Origin: Pseudomonas sp. F1_0610
GTDB lineage: Bacteria > Pseudomonadota > Gammaproteobacteria > Pseudomonadales > Pseudomonadaceae
Direction of reading: 5' to 3'
DNA length: 64,000 bases
Assembly: GCF_047470865.1 (NCBI RefSeq)
Contig: NZ_JAZDRH010000008.1
Location: forward strand, 37,165 to 101,164
The notes beneath the pieces were generated by a model that saw only the letters and a list, made by a program, of their open reading frames with translations, was not told where the DNA came from and did not search any database. The position numbers and the translations under genes were made by a program. Within the stretch, counting starts at the first letter, position 1. Each line of letters starts with the position of its first letter. This document shows, one piece after another, positions 50,715 through 60,528 of the stretch.

Positions 50715-51486
50715 GATGTTTACAATGTGGTCCATGTTGATGTTGTGCTGGAGATAATACGCAACCATGCAGGTCGTGTTGATGGTCATGCTGATGATGA
50801 TAAACTGCTAGATTATTGGCCGCTGTACGCCCAAATAGCTCAATAAAAGCAGGGTCTTCACTCACCGCCTCAGGGTGTCCTGAACAGCAAACATGATGAT
50901 TTAAACACACCACACGGTCTGTAGCTTTCATTACCAAATGCAGGTCATGAGAGACCATAAGTACACCACATTGATAGCGTTTACGTACCTGTGCAATCAA
51001 CTCATAAAGCTCTAATTGCCCATTAACATCTACACCTTGCACAGGTTCATCCAGCACTAATAATTGTGGTTGACGCAGTAAAGCGCGTGCCAGCAATACG
51101 CGTTGTAATTCACCACCTGAAATACGCTGAATAGGGCTGTCAATAACCTTAACAGCCCCCACCTCTGTCAGCGCAGCTAATGCAGATTCTCGCGTTACGT
51201 TAGGCACCATGCGCAAAAAGCGAAATACAGTCAGCGGCATAGTCTCATGTACGGCCAGCTTTTGTGGCATATAGCCAATACGCAGCTTAGCTGCTCGCCA
51301 TACTTCGCCAGAATCTGGTTTAAGCAAACCTAATAAGGTGCGTACTAGGGTTGTTTTACCTGAACCGTTAGGGCCTACCAAGGTGACGATTTCATTATTG
51401 TGTATGCTCAGATCAACCTGATCTAACACTTGTTGGTCTGCCAGTTTTAGGTTGACGCCCTGTAAGCGAATGAGCGTGTCACTCAT
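50707..51486 (-). CDS. znuC: zinc ABC transporter ATP-binding protein with His-rich C-terminal tail
   Basis: Walker [10 protein letters not shown], signature ISGGELQRV, Walker B LLVLDEP. C-terminal [11 protein letters not shown]...[10 protein letters not shown]. Confidence 0.9.
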   Translation of the reverse strand: MSDTLIRLQGVNLKLADQQVLDQVDLSIHNNEIVTLVGPNGSGKTTLVRTLLGLLKPDSGEVWRAAKLRIGYMPQKLAVHETMPLTVFRFLRMVPNVTRESALAALTEVGAVKVIDSPIQRISGGELQRVLLARALLRQPQLLVLDEPVQGVDVNGQLELYELIAQVRKRYQCGVLMVSHDLHLVMKATDRVVCLNHHVCCSGHPEAVSEDPAFIELFGRTAANNLAVYHHQHDHQHDLHGCVLSPAQHQHGPHCKHHA

Positions 51487-51968
51487 GCGTTGGCCTCACA
51501 AGCATAACAAAGCCCTAAAACTTCAACTGTTTGCTGCTCTACAGTAAAACCGGCTTGTTTAGCCGCAGCCAAAATAGCTTGATCAATACTGCTATGGGGT
51601 AGTTCTTGGGCAATATGGCATTCGCGGCAGATTAAAAAATGACCTTCATGGGCAACCCCAGGATGATTACAACCCACATAGGCATTTAATGAAGCAATGC
51701 GATGAATTAAACCGTTTTCTAATAAAAAATCTAACGCTCGATAGACTGTAGGAGGAGCCGCACGACGGCCGTCTTCTGTACTTAATACGCCCAAAATATC
51801 ATAAGCGCCCAGTGGCTTATGGCTTTGCCATACAAGCTCTAATACACGCTTGCGCAAAGCGGTTAAACGCAGCCCTTTTTCTGAGCACAACGTCTCTGCA
51901 TTAGTTAAAGCATTATCAATGCATTGATGATGATTGTGTGGCTCACAAACTGGTATTTTTTTTTGCAT
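51483..51968 (-). CDS. zur: zinc uptake regulator (Fur family)
   Basis: 161 aa Fur-family protein with CxxC pairs (CRECH, CYAC) immediately upstream of znuCB. Divergent from znuA. Confidence 0.85.
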   Translation of the reverse strand: MQKKIPVCEPHNHHQCIDNALTNAETLCSEKGLRLTALRKRVLELVWQSHKPLGAYDILGVLSTEDGRRAAPPTVYRALDFLLENGLIHRIASLNAYVGCNHPGVAHEGHFLICRECHIAQELPHSSIDQAILAAAKQAGFTVEQQTVEVLGLCYACEANA

Positions 51969-51989
51969 GGATGCAGCATCCTCTTAAAA

Positions 51990-52012
51990 GAGATGTTATT
52001 ATATAACCTTTC
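51990..52012. promoter_or_regulatory. Zur box (operator) in the zur-znuCB / znuA divergent promoter region
   Basis: GAGATGTTATTATATAACCTTTC matches the gammaproteobacterial Zur box GAAATGTTATANTATAACATTTC (7-1-7 palindrome TGTTATT-A-TATAACC). Confidence 0.65.
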
Positions 52013-52031
52013 TATTCAGGAGTATAATCTT

Positions 52032-52928
52032 GTGTTGCGATCATTCTTTTTTTGCGCATTATTACTGCTCAGCAGCACCTCTCAAGCGCAGGTTACCGTA
52101 CTTACCAGCATCAAGCCGCTGCAGTTTATAGCAGAAGCTATTACTCAGGGGCAGGCAACAACAGAAGTTTTACTTCCGCCTGGCGCTTCCCCGCATCATT
52201 ATGCATTGCGCCCTTCTGATATTACACGTATTGAGCAAGCCGACCTTGTGTACTGGATTGGCAATGATCTAGAAACCTTTTTAGCTAAACCTTTAGCTCG
52301 TCGTAAATTGCCTACTGTAGCTATCCAAAAACTTCCTACAATACAGCTGTTACATTTTTCGACTGAGCATGACGCACATGATGAGCACGATCATGATCAT
52401 GCTCCCGGTTCTATTGATACCCACTTATGGCTTTCAACGCAGAATGCACTCATTATTGCAGAAAAAATGGCAAATGACCTTGCCAAACTTGATCCAAATA
52501 ATGCAACACTCTATCAAGCCAATTTAACGCAGTTTAAGCAAGCACTGGCGCTGACAAATACACATATCAAGCAGCAACTGGGCAACACTAAACAAAAACC
52601 TTTTTTTGTGTTTCATGAAGCCTTTAATTATTTTGAGCAGGCTTATGGCTTAAAGCATGCTGGTGTATTTGCTATTTCTGCAGAAATTCAGCCAGGTGCA
52701 CGTCATGTTCAAAAAATGCGCCAGCAACTAGCCGCAGCTGGGGCAAGCTGTGTATTTACTGAGCCACCTTTGCAGCCACGTTTAGCTTCTACTTTATCCG
52801 CCGATTTACCTGTTACCTTAGTGGAGTTAGATCCATTAGGTACGCACCTGATCTCCAGCCCATCTGCCTACCCTCAACTATTAGAAAATCTCGCTAAAAA
52901 TATAAGTCAGTGTTTGAATCAGGAATAA
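52032..52928 (+). CDS. znuA: zinc ABC transporter substrate-binding protein
   Basis: GTG start preceded by AGGAG (9-nt spacer). Signal peptide LRSFFFCALLLLSSTSQA. His/Asp-rich loop HDAHDEHDHDHAPGSIDTH typical of ZnuA. Confidence 0.85.
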   Translation: MLRSFFFCALLLLSSTSQAQVTVLTSIKPLQFIAEAITQGQATTEVLLPPGASPHHYALRPSDITRIEQADLVYWIGNDLETFLAKPLARRKLPTVAIQKLPTIQLLHFSTEHDAHDEHDHDHAPGSIDTHLWLSTQNALIIAEKMANDLAKLDPNNATLYQANLTQFKQALALTNTHIKQQLGNTKQKPFFVFHEAFNYFEQAYGLKHAGVFAISAEIQPGARHVQKMRQQLAAAGASCVFTEPPLQPRLASTLSADLPVTLVELDPLGTHLISSPSAYPQLLENLAKNISQCLNQE

Positions 52929-53003
52929 TTATCAACATCTTTTAAGCGCCCAACGTATAATTGGGCGCTAGCTAATTGATGACTGATCAAATACGAGGTT
53001 TGT

Positions 53004-54611
53004 GTGGCCCATCCTGCTCAACGTCGCTGGTATCCAATACCTATTATTACAGCCCTGCTGCTTGTACTACCTATTGCAGTATTGTTGTTAAGTTGGCACA
53101 GCATTGACCGTGAAATCTGGCAGCATTTATGGGATACCCAGTTAACCCGCCTAGTAGGCAACACCTTAACCTTAGTCTTTGGCGTTGGTATTGGTGTGAT
53201 TTTGCTAGGTGTCAGCCTAGCTTGGCTCACGAGTTTATGTGAGTTTCCTGGACGTAAATGGCTAGATTGGGCGTTAATGCTCCCTTTTGCTATTCCCGCC
53301 TATGTCTTAGCCTTTGTCTTTGTCGGCCTGCTTGATTTCTCTGGGCCCATTCAAACCTTCATGCGTGAAGTGTTAGAAATCAAAATGCGCATGCCACGAG
53401 TACGCTCTACTGGCGGCATTATTATTGTCTTTGTACTGGTTTTCTACCCTTATGTATATCTCTTAGCGCGGTCTGCTTTTCTGTCCCAAGGTAAAGGCTT
53501 AATGGAAGCGGCACGCGTATTAGGCTTATCACCTTTACAAGCCTTTTGGCGTGTTGCCCTGCCTGTTGCTCGACCTGCAATTGGAGCCGGATTAGCATTA
53601 GCACTAATGGAAACCTTAGCCGATTTTGGCGCCGTCTCAGTTTTTAACTTTGATACCTTTACCACGGCGGTTTACAAAACTTGGTACGGATTTTATAGCC
53701 TATCTAGCGCAACACAGCTAGCGAGCCTATTGTTGCTATTTGTAGCTTTACTCATATTTGCTGAACGCAAAGCCCATGGTGCCATTCGCCCTAGCAATGA
53801 ACGCCCTCGCGGGAAGGCGCTTTATCCACTTAAAGGATTAAAAGCAGGGCTGGCCTTTACTTGGTGTTTTCTAGTCTTTTTATGTGCCTTTATTCTGCCT
53901 GTGATTCAACTGATAGCTTGGTTCTTTCAGCGTGGCTATCAGGATTTAGATGAGCGCTACTGGTCCTTAATTTCTCACACACTTATTCTTGGTGCCAGCG
54001 CCGCTGCCATTACAGTCACAGTTGCATTATTGCTGGCTTTTACCAAACGCTTTGCCGGTCGTTCTTGGGTTAAAGCATTAATTGGCTTTTCTAACCTTGG
54101 CTATGCTATCCCTGGTTCAGTATTAGCTGTGGCCATTATGTTAGCCTTTACTTATTTTGATAACTTCTTAATTGATACCTTAGGCTGGAAAGGTCAAGCC
54201 TTTCTAATGGGAAGCCTAGGCGCCTTATTAATTGCCTATTTAATTCGCTTTATTGCCGTAGCTTTTAATCCTTTAGATGCTTCACTGGCTCGCATTAAAC
54301 CTTCTATTCCTGAGGCTTCCCGCAGCTTAGGTGTAGCTGGCTTTTCTTTATTCCGTCGCATTTATTTTCCTTTGTTACTTCCAGGTGTGCTTTCTGCATC
54401 CTTGCTAGTGTTCGTGGATGTTTTAAAAGAAATGCCTGCCACTTTAATTATGCGCCCTTTTGGTTGGGATACATTAGCCGTGCGTATTTTTGAAATGACC
54501 AGTGAAGGAGAATGGGCTCGCGCTTCACTTCCTGCTTTAACCTTAGTATTAGTTGGGCTATTACCTGTTATTTTATTGATCCGCCGCTCAGCAAAGTCTG
54601 TTGGTCACTAA
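53004..54611 (+). CDS. two-domain ABC transporter permease (Fe3+/thiamine-type, FbpB/ThiP-like)
   Basis: 535 aa with two tandem MetI-like permease domains (12 TM). No cognate ATPase or binding protein adjacent other than znuA. Confidence 0.7.
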   Translation: MAHPAQRRWYPIPIITALLLVLPIAVLLLSWHSIDREIWQHLWDTQLTRLVGNTLTLVFGVGIGVILLGVSLAWLTSLCEFPGRKWLDWALMLPFAIPAYVLAFVFVGLLDFSGPIQTFMREVLEIKMRMPRVRSTGGIIIVFVLVFYPYVYLLARSAFLSQGKGLMEAARVLGLSPLQAFWRVALPVARPAIGAGLALALMETLADFGAVSVFNFDTFTTAVYKTWYGFYSLSSATQLASLLLLFVALLIFAERKAHGAIRPSNERPRGKALYPLKGLKAGLAFTWCFLVFLCAFILPVIQLIAWFFQRGYQDLDERYWSLISHTLILGASAAAITVTVALLLAFTKRFAGRSWVKALIGFSNLGYAIPGSVLAVAIMLAFTYFDNFLIDTLGWKGQAFLMGSLGALLIAYLIRFIAVAFNPLDASLARIKPSIPEASRSLGVAGFSLFRRIYFPLLLPGVLSASLLVFVDVLKEMPATLIMRPFGWDTLAVRIFEMTSEGEWARASLPALTLVLVGLLPVILLIRRSAKSVGH

Positions 54612-54711
54612 AGTTGCAAGCTATTGCTAATGCGAGCAACGCTTAAGCTCGTTACAATAGGCAGATTACTCAATGGCTCAGCGTTTTAAATAACGCTAAC
54701 TAGGAGACCCC

Positions 54712-55785
54712 ATGGGATTGCGTACTCCAATGTATGATCTACATGTGGCGCTTGGCGCTAAAATGGTTGATTTCAACGAATGGGAATTGCCTTTACATTA
54801 CGGTTCACAAATCGAAGAGCACAATCAAGTGCGTAACGATTGTGGCGTATTCGATATTTCTCATCTCACCATTACGGATATTTCTGGCAGCCAAGCAACA
54901 TCCTTTCTGCAAAAGCTCCTCTGCTCTGATGTCGCTAAACTCGCGACAAAGCAAATGTGCTTTAGCCTGTTACTCGATGAAAACGCGGGCATTATTGATG
55001 AAGTTGCGGTCATGCAACTGGATAATGGCTATCGTTTACTTACCAATGCAGCCACCAAGCTTTCCGTACGCCAGTGGCTCACCAAGCACGCTGATGATTT
55101 TACTATAAGCATTGAAGCACAGGACGACTTAGCTATTTTAGCTATTCAAGGACCTAATACATACAGCCACCTTAAAACCGTTTTAAACTCCAGCCGCAAA
55201 GCTTTGTTAGAGCAACTACAGCCACACCAAGGCGCGGCCGATGGCGACTGGTTTATTGCACGCATGGGCTATACTGGCGAAGAAGGTTTTGAGATTTTTT
55301 TACCTAGTGAGCAAGCCGTTAACTTATTTAATGAACTGATGGGTAGCGGAATTTCGCCCATAGGTATTGGCGCACGAGATACCTTGCGCATTGAAGCAGG
55401 TTATCCGCTCTATGGTGTAGATATTAATGCAGCTATTCAGCCTGCCTGCCTTGGCTTAAACGACCGTATTGATTTAGAACCAAGCACACGTTCATTTATT
55501 GGTCGCAATAAAATTACTAAGCGTGATCAATGTGAACGTGTTCTAGTAGGCTTGGTGTTAGAAGAGCGTGGTGTATTACGCCAAGGACAGCCTGTGCACA
55601 TTGAAGGCTTTGGTGAAGGGGTCATTACCAGTGGTAGTTTTTCCCCTACGCTAAGCAAAGCGATTGCGCTAGCCTTAGTGCCTGCTGCTGCACAAGATCG
55701 TGCTGAAGTAGAGATTCGTGGCAAATGGCATCCTGTGCGCATTGTACAGCCGCCCTTTGTTCGCCATGGGAAAATTCTCGTTTAA
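54712..55785 (+). CDS. gcvT: glycine cleavage system aminomethyltransferase T protein
   Basis: 357 aa, collinear with E. coli GcvT (MVDFNEWELPLHYGSQIEEH, GYTGEEGFEI, GARDTLRIEAG). Confidence 0.9.
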   Translation: MGLRTPMYDLHVALGAKMVDFNEWELPLHYGSQIEEHNQVRNDCGVFDISHLTITDISGSQATSFLQKLLCSDVAKLATKQMCFSLLLDENAGIIDEVAVMQLDNGYRLLTNAATKLSVRQWLTKHADDFTISIEAQDDLAILAIQGPNTYSHLKTVLNSSRKALLEQLQPHQGAADGDWFIARMGYTGEEGFEIFLPSEQAVNLFNELMGSGISPIGIGARDTLRIEAGYPLYGVDINAAIQPACLGLNDRIDLEPSTRSFIGRNKITKRDQCERVLVGLVLEERGVLRQGQPVHIEGFGEGVITSGSFSPTLSKAIALALVPAAAQDRAEVEIRGKWHPVRIVQPPFVRHGKILV

Positions 55786-55831
55786 TATTAATAAAGATAA
55801 TATCGCCTACTTGCGTTGAGGAGCCTAAAGT

Positions 55832-56215
55832 ATGAGCCTTACCCCTGAACATTTGCGCTATGCGTCCACTCATGAATGGGCTCGTCTAGAAAATGACGGC
55901 ACTATCACAGTTGGTATTACAGATCACGCCCAAGAAGCCTTAGGCGATGTGGTTTATATTGAGCTACCTGAGCTTGGCAAGACCCTTCAAGCTAAACAGC
56001 AAGCCGGCGTTGTTGAATCCGTTAAAGCTGCTTCAGAAATTTACGCCCCTGTAACAGGTGAAGTGATTGCCGTTAATCTTGGACTAGCCGATGCACCGGA
56101 TAGTATTAACACTCATCCTTATGATAGTTGGTTTTATAAGCTCAAACCTAGCAATGCCAGTGAGCTAGAAGCCTTACTCACTGCTGCAGATTATCAAACT
56201 CATGTAGCCGGTTAA
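55832..56215 (+). CDS. gcvH: glycine cleavage system H protein (lipoyl carrier)
   Basis: 127 aa. Lipoyl-lysine region ESVKAASEIYAPVTGEV. Confidence 0.9.
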   Translation: MSLTPEHLRYASTHEWARLENDGTITVGITDHAQEALGDVVYIELPELGKTLQAKQQAGVVESVKAASEIYAPVTGEVIAVNLGLADAPDSINTHPYDSWFYKLKPSNASELEALLTAADYQTHVAG

Positions 56216-56242
56216 GCTTTAACCATTTGAAATGAGGCTATT

Positions 56243-57148
56243 ATGCAAACTGTATTACTGGCATTATGGCCTCTATTTGCCTTAATTGGCTTGGGCTATT
56301 ACTTACAACAACGAAAAATCTATAGCAGTGAGTTTTGGGCTGGAGCAGAACGACTTAATTATTTTATTCTGTTCCCAGCCTTATTAGTTGGCAGCCTTGC
56401 CAAAGCACCATTAGATAACCCTCAACTACCACGCTTAGCCTTAGCTGTTATTTTAGTGGTTACTATTGCATGGATTATTTTACAAATTGCCAAACGCTTA
56501 CTGAAATGGCCTGCCAGCCGTTTTGGGGTTAAAGCTCAGGGCATTATTCGCTTTAATACCTATCTAGGTTTGGCAGCTGTAAATACATTTTATGGCACCG
56601 AAGGCATGGCTATTGCTGCCTTAATTATGGCAGTCTTAGTACCCGCTGGAAATATCACTGCAGTCTGGGCATTATCGGCACAAAATGGTATCCACTGGCG
56701 CCAGCTTTTGATGCCCATTTTGAAAAACCCATTAATTCAATCCTGCATAGTGGGTGTACTAATCAACTTAACAGGCATAGGCCTTCCTTTTGGTACAGAC
56801 GAATTCTTAAAGCTAATGGCCGCCGCAAGTCTACCTTTAGGTCTGCTCTGCATTGGGGCAGCATTACAAACACAAACCATTAAAGATGAAGCCAAACCTA
56901 TTATTATTAATAGCCTATTACGGCTATGCTTGATGCCTTTATGTGCTTACATCATTGCTCGCCTGTTAGGTCTAGAGCAACTTGAATTGGTTCTACTGGT
57001 GATATTTTTTGCCCTACCTACTGCACCTACCGCCTATGTATTAGCCCGTCAGTTAGGCGGTGATAGCCAATTAATGGCAGGCATTATTACCTTGCAAACC
57101 ATTTTTGCAGCAATAACGTTGCCTATTATTATCAACCTTTTAAATTAA
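56243..57148 (+). CDS. AEC (auxin efflux carrier / malate permease-like) family transporter
   Basis: 301 aa with about 10 TM helices in the AEC pattern. Confidence 0.7.
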   Translation: MQTVLLALWPLFALIGLGYYLQQRKIYSSEFWAGAERLNYFILFPALLVGSLAKAPLDNPQLPRLALAVILVVTIAWIILQIAKRLLKWPASRFGVKAQGIIRFNTYLGLAAVNTFYGTEGMAIAALIMAVLVPAGNITAVWALSAQNGIHWRQLLMPILKNPLIQSCIVGVLINLTGIGLPFGTDEFLKLMAAASLPLGLLCIGAALQTQTIKDEAKPIIINSLLRLCLMPLCAYIIARLLGLEQLELVLLVIFFALPTAPTAYVLARQLGGDSQLMAGIITLQTIFAAITLPIIINLLN

Positions 57149-57157
57149 GGAGTTCAC

Positions 57158-57550
57158 ATGCAAGGTAGCTGTTTATGTGGCGCGGTCAGCTATGAAGTCG
57201 ATGAAATTATTAGCATCAAATTTTGTCACTGCCGAACCTGCCAGCTTGCTCAAGGTGCGCCTTATATTGCTGCTGGTGGCGTAAAACGTGAGCATTTCCG
57301 TTGGCTAACTGGCGAATCTTTAGTAACACGTTATGAATCTAGTCCTGGCAAGCATCGTTGTTTTTGCTCACGCTGTGGCACGCCACTGCTAGCGGATCGC
57401 GCTAACTTACCTCACATAGCGCTACGTGTTGTTACACTCAAAGAAGATCCAAAACTACGCCCAACTGAGCATATTTGGCTAAATGATGACTGCCCTTGGA
57501 CGTTAGATAGCCCTGACTTACCACGTCACCCTGCATGGCCAACGGTATAA
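57158..57550 (+). CDS. GFA (glutathione-dependent formaldehyde-activating, CENP-V-like) family zinc protein
   Basis: CxC...CxxC...CxxC pattern (CLCGAV, CHCRTCQ, CSRCGT). Confidence 0.75.
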   Translation: MQGSCLCGAVSYEVDEIISIKFCHCRTCQLAQGAPYIAAGGVKREHFRWLTGESLVTRYESSPGKHRCFCSRCGTPLLADRANLPHIALRVVTLKEDPKLRPTEHIWLNDDCPWTLDSPDLPRHPAWPTV

Positions 57551-57828
57551 AGTTCTCTGCGTTAGTGCATTGGTTAACAGCCGAGCAAGGCGGTAGGCAA
57601 GTCATACCGCCTCTTAGCACAACCTATTACTGCACTACAGAAGCCTTAGAAGGTAAAGATTCAAGCAACAGTTGGAGTATCGCTTGCCTTACAGAACAAA
57701 GGCATAACCGCACCAGCTTGGTTAGCGCTTGGTTTTTATTTGAAAATGCACCAGACCCAGCTTACTTAAAGTCCTTTAAATTATATGAAGGTGCTCGCTT
57801 AGTGGCTGTGCTTGAGATAATTGACTGA
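57535..57828 (+). CDS. small hypothetical protein
   Basis: 97 aa non-repetitive ORF that overlaps the GFA gene stop by 16 nt. Coding status uncertain. Confidence 0.3.
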   Translation: MANGIKFSALVHWLTAEQGGRQVIPPLSTTYYCTTEALEGKDSSNSWSIACLTEQRHNRTSLVSAWFLFENAPDPAYLKSFKLYEGARLVAVLEIID

Positions 57829-57848
57829 ACTCAAAAGCACTATATACT

Positions 57849-58409
57849 GTGCCTATGGAAAATAATAAATTTGAAAAAGCACTATATAACGTATTTAAAC
57901 AAGCTACAGAACGTTCTTTAGAAGAATACCTACTCGCGCTCTACCAACTACTCCCCAATAGCCCATCAGCGCCCTGCTCTCATGAGATTTTATTGCAACT
58001 ATTAGAGCACGCTTTCACTGCGCCTTTTACGCCCTACGCAAACCAATGGGACAAGGTCAAAGTTCCTGTAGATGATGATGAGATGGTCTGGCTTAAATTC
58101 ACCCATCCAGACGTTAAAAACCATGTGTCTAAACCACAGCTTGATTCTAGCCTCGATTACACCAAGCAGGTTATTCAGTTTCAAGTTAAAGAACTGCATA
58201 GTATGCGTGGCAAACAACTCGACAATGAATACCGCTTTTTTGGTATTAGCTCTGACAGTGGACACACATGGTACAACTTCACACCTGTTGATAACTTAAG
58301 CTGTGGCTTTGCGGGTTTAAGTGACAATCTAGAGGATGAAGAAACGTCTTTTAATATCTCATGGGGTTTTCTTGGGTTGTGGTTAGAAATGGGCCGTATT
58401 TATGAGTAG
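57849..58409 (+). CDS. hypothetical protein, translationally coupled to kptA
   Basis: 186 aa. Its stop overlaps the kptA start by 8 nt. Confidence 0.5.
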   Translation: MPMENNKFEKALYNVFKQATERSLEEYLLALYQLLPNSPSAPCSHEILLQLLEHAFTAPFTPYANQWDKVKVPVDDDEMVWLKFTHPDVKNHVSKPQLDSSLDYTKQVIQFQVKELHSMRGKQLDNEYRFFGISSDSGHTWYNFTPVDNLSCGFAGLSDNLEDEETSFNISWGFLGLWLEMGRIYE

Positions 58410-58962
58410 CCAGCCCTATAATGCGCTTAAACTCAGCCGTTTTTTAAGTTTAATCTTACGTCATGCCCCCGAATCTATTGGTTTAGAACTTGATAGCCAA
58501 GGCTGGGCTAAGATTAGCCAGCTACTCCCACTACTTAAAAAACGAGGTTTTAACCTCAGCTTTAACGAATTAGCGTCTATTGTTCAGAGCAACAATAAAC
58601 AACGTTTCATTATAAGCGAGGATAAGCAAAAAATTCGTGCCAACCAAGGCCACTCTATTCCCATCGACCTTGGTTACGCAGAACAAAAGCCACCAGCCAT
58701 TTTATTGCATGGCACTGCAACACGCTTTATTGAAAGCATTTTCCAGCAAGGCTTAACCAAGCAAAAACGCCACCATGCTCACTTATCCACTGACTTATCC
58801 ACAGCCGTCAGTGTAGGTAAACGCTATGGCAAAGCCGTCATTCTATGTATTGATGCGCAAACAATGTACGAGCATGGTTATCGTTTTTATCTTTCCACTA
58901 ATGGCGTTTGGCTAACCGAGCAAGTGCCCGTAGACTATATTTCCTATTATGACGCCAGATAA
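58402..58962 (+). CDS. kptA: RNA 2'-phosphotransferase (Tpt1/KptA family)
   Basis: 186 aa, collinear with E. coli KptA (LSRFLSLILRHAPESIGL, RANQGHS, HGT, HLS, VWLTEQV). Confidence 0.85.
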   Translation: MSSQPYNALKLSRFLSLILRHAPESIGLELDSQGWAKISQLLPLLKKRGFNLSFNELASIVQSNNKQRFIISEDKQKIRANQGHSIPIDLGYAEQKPPAILLHGTATRFIESIFQQGLTKQKRHHAHLSTDLSTAVSVGKRYGKAVILCIDAQTMYEHGYRFYLSTNGVWLTEQVPVDYISYYDAR

Positions 58963-59515
58963 ATTAAACCTACTCATTAGCGCTTTAGACGCCCAAGGTG
59001 TGGTTTTTATTAAAGGTCTATCAGACGCTGAAATAATAGCAATTGAAGCCACTTTTGATCTTTGCTTCCCCGACGACTTAAAAGCCTTCTTACAAGCGGC
59101 ACTTCCCGTTTCCCCAAGCTTTGTGAATTGGCGAGCAGCACTTAAATCTCCCAAAATAGTCTTAGATCGCTTAAGCATGCCTTTAGAAAGTCTATTATTT
59201 GACGTAAGAAAAAACAGCTTTTGGTTAAATATGTGGGGAGAAAAGCCAAGCCTTTTCGCTGAGCAAGCACATATTGTGACGACACACTACGCAAGCTACC
59301 CTAAGCTCATTCCTATTTACTCACATCGTTTTATGCCTTGCACACCGAGCAGTGCAGGTAATCCAGTTTTCTCTATGATGGGTACAGATATTATTTATTA
59401 TGGAACAAATCTATATAATTATTTAATTAATGAATTTTATTTAACCCTAGAAAAAGACAACAACCTCACTAAAACTATTCCGTTTTGGTCTCAACTAGTA
59501 GAACTAAATACCTAA
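58949..59515 (+). CDS. SUKH/SMI1-KNR4-like (immunity-protein-like) domain protein
   Basis: 188 aa. N-terminal LSDAEIIAIEATFDLCFPDDLKAFLQAALPVS fits the SMI1/KNR4 (SUKH-1) signature. Overlaps the kptA stop by 14 nt. Confidence 0.5.
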   Translation: MTPDKLNLLISALDAQGVVFIKGLSDAEIIAIEATFDLCFPDDLKAFLQAALPVSPSFVNWRAALKSPKIVLDRLSMPLESLLFDVRKNSFWLNMWGEKPSLFAEQAHIVTTHYASYPKLIPIYSHRFMPCTPSSAGNPVFSMMGTDIIYYGTNLYNYLINEFYLTLEKDNNLTKTIPFWSQLVELNT

Positions 59516-59726
59516 TTTTTGTTAATTAATGCATATATAAAATACCATCCAATCGACAAATTTAAATCTCGCCTCTATTAATACAAAAAATATTTTCTTA
59601 ATCTCGTGTCCGTGAACCTATTAACAACTTAATTTTTATCACCTGATATCATCCGCACGCTTTTTTAGTTGTTATGCAGTCGCTAAAAGCTTAAGGAATC
59701 ACATTAGAATAATTCAGGATAGATTT

Positions 59727-60523
59727 ATGCCGCATGCAGACTGCTTAATTATTTGGATAACAGGCGCATCTAGTGGAATTGGCTTGGCTCTAGCTAAACA
59801 GTTTGCAGAGCAGAACGTTGTTGTCATTTTAAGTGCACGTCGTGAAGCAGAGCTTGAAAATGTTCGCCAACAATTAAAAAACCCAAATCGTCATATGGTA
59901 TTGCCGCTGGATATCACAGATAGCGCTGCCCTAGTTAAAGCAACCTCTAAAGTAATTCAAGAATATGGGCGTATTGACTACCTAATTAACAATGCAGGGG
60001 TTAGCCAGCGTGCGTTAATTTTTGAAACCACTGAAAAAACCGATCGACAACTCATGGAAATAGGCTATTTCGCACCTGTTAACTTAACCCGCTGCGTACT
60101 GCCTTTCATGGAGCGTCAAGGTAGCGGCAAAGTTGTCTTTGTCTCCAGCGTAGCCGGTTTACTTGGAACACAATACAGAGCTAGCTATTCTGCTGCCAAA
60201 GCCGCTATTCATATGTGGGCAAACAGCTTACGTGCAGAGTATGCAACCAAAGGTATAAAAGTGGCGGTATCTTTCCAGGCTTTGTAAAATCAAATGTATC
60301 TGTTGCAGCACTGACTGGCGATGGCACCCCGCTTGGCTCAATGGATGACGCACAAGCAAATGCCATGAGTTGTGAAAGTTTCGCCCAGAAAGCTATTCAT
60401 GCGTTGAAAAATGATAAGGAATATATTGTTATTGGCGGTCTTAAAGAACGCTTAGGCGTACTTGTATCGCGCCTAAGCCCTAGCTTACTTTACCGCCTTA
60501 TCCAACGTAGCAAGGTCCGTTAA
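59727..60523 (+). pseudogene. SDR-family oxidoreductase disrupted by a 1-nt frameshift near 60268
   Basis: The N-terminal ORF (59727..60287) carries TGASSGIG and YSAAKAA...GIKVAV, then a stop. The C-terminal remainder (IFPGFVKSNVS...) continues in another frame. Restoring one nucleotide in gtggcggt-atctttcca would give a contiguous protein of about 265 aa. Confidence 0.6.
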
Positions 60524-60528
60524 ACAGA

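Noticed and set aside
54612-54711. Glycine riboswitch upstream of gcvT
   Set aside because: No tandem GGAGAG / ACCGAAGGGGCAA-like aptamer cores are visible. Regulation is probably by GcvA, as in enterics.
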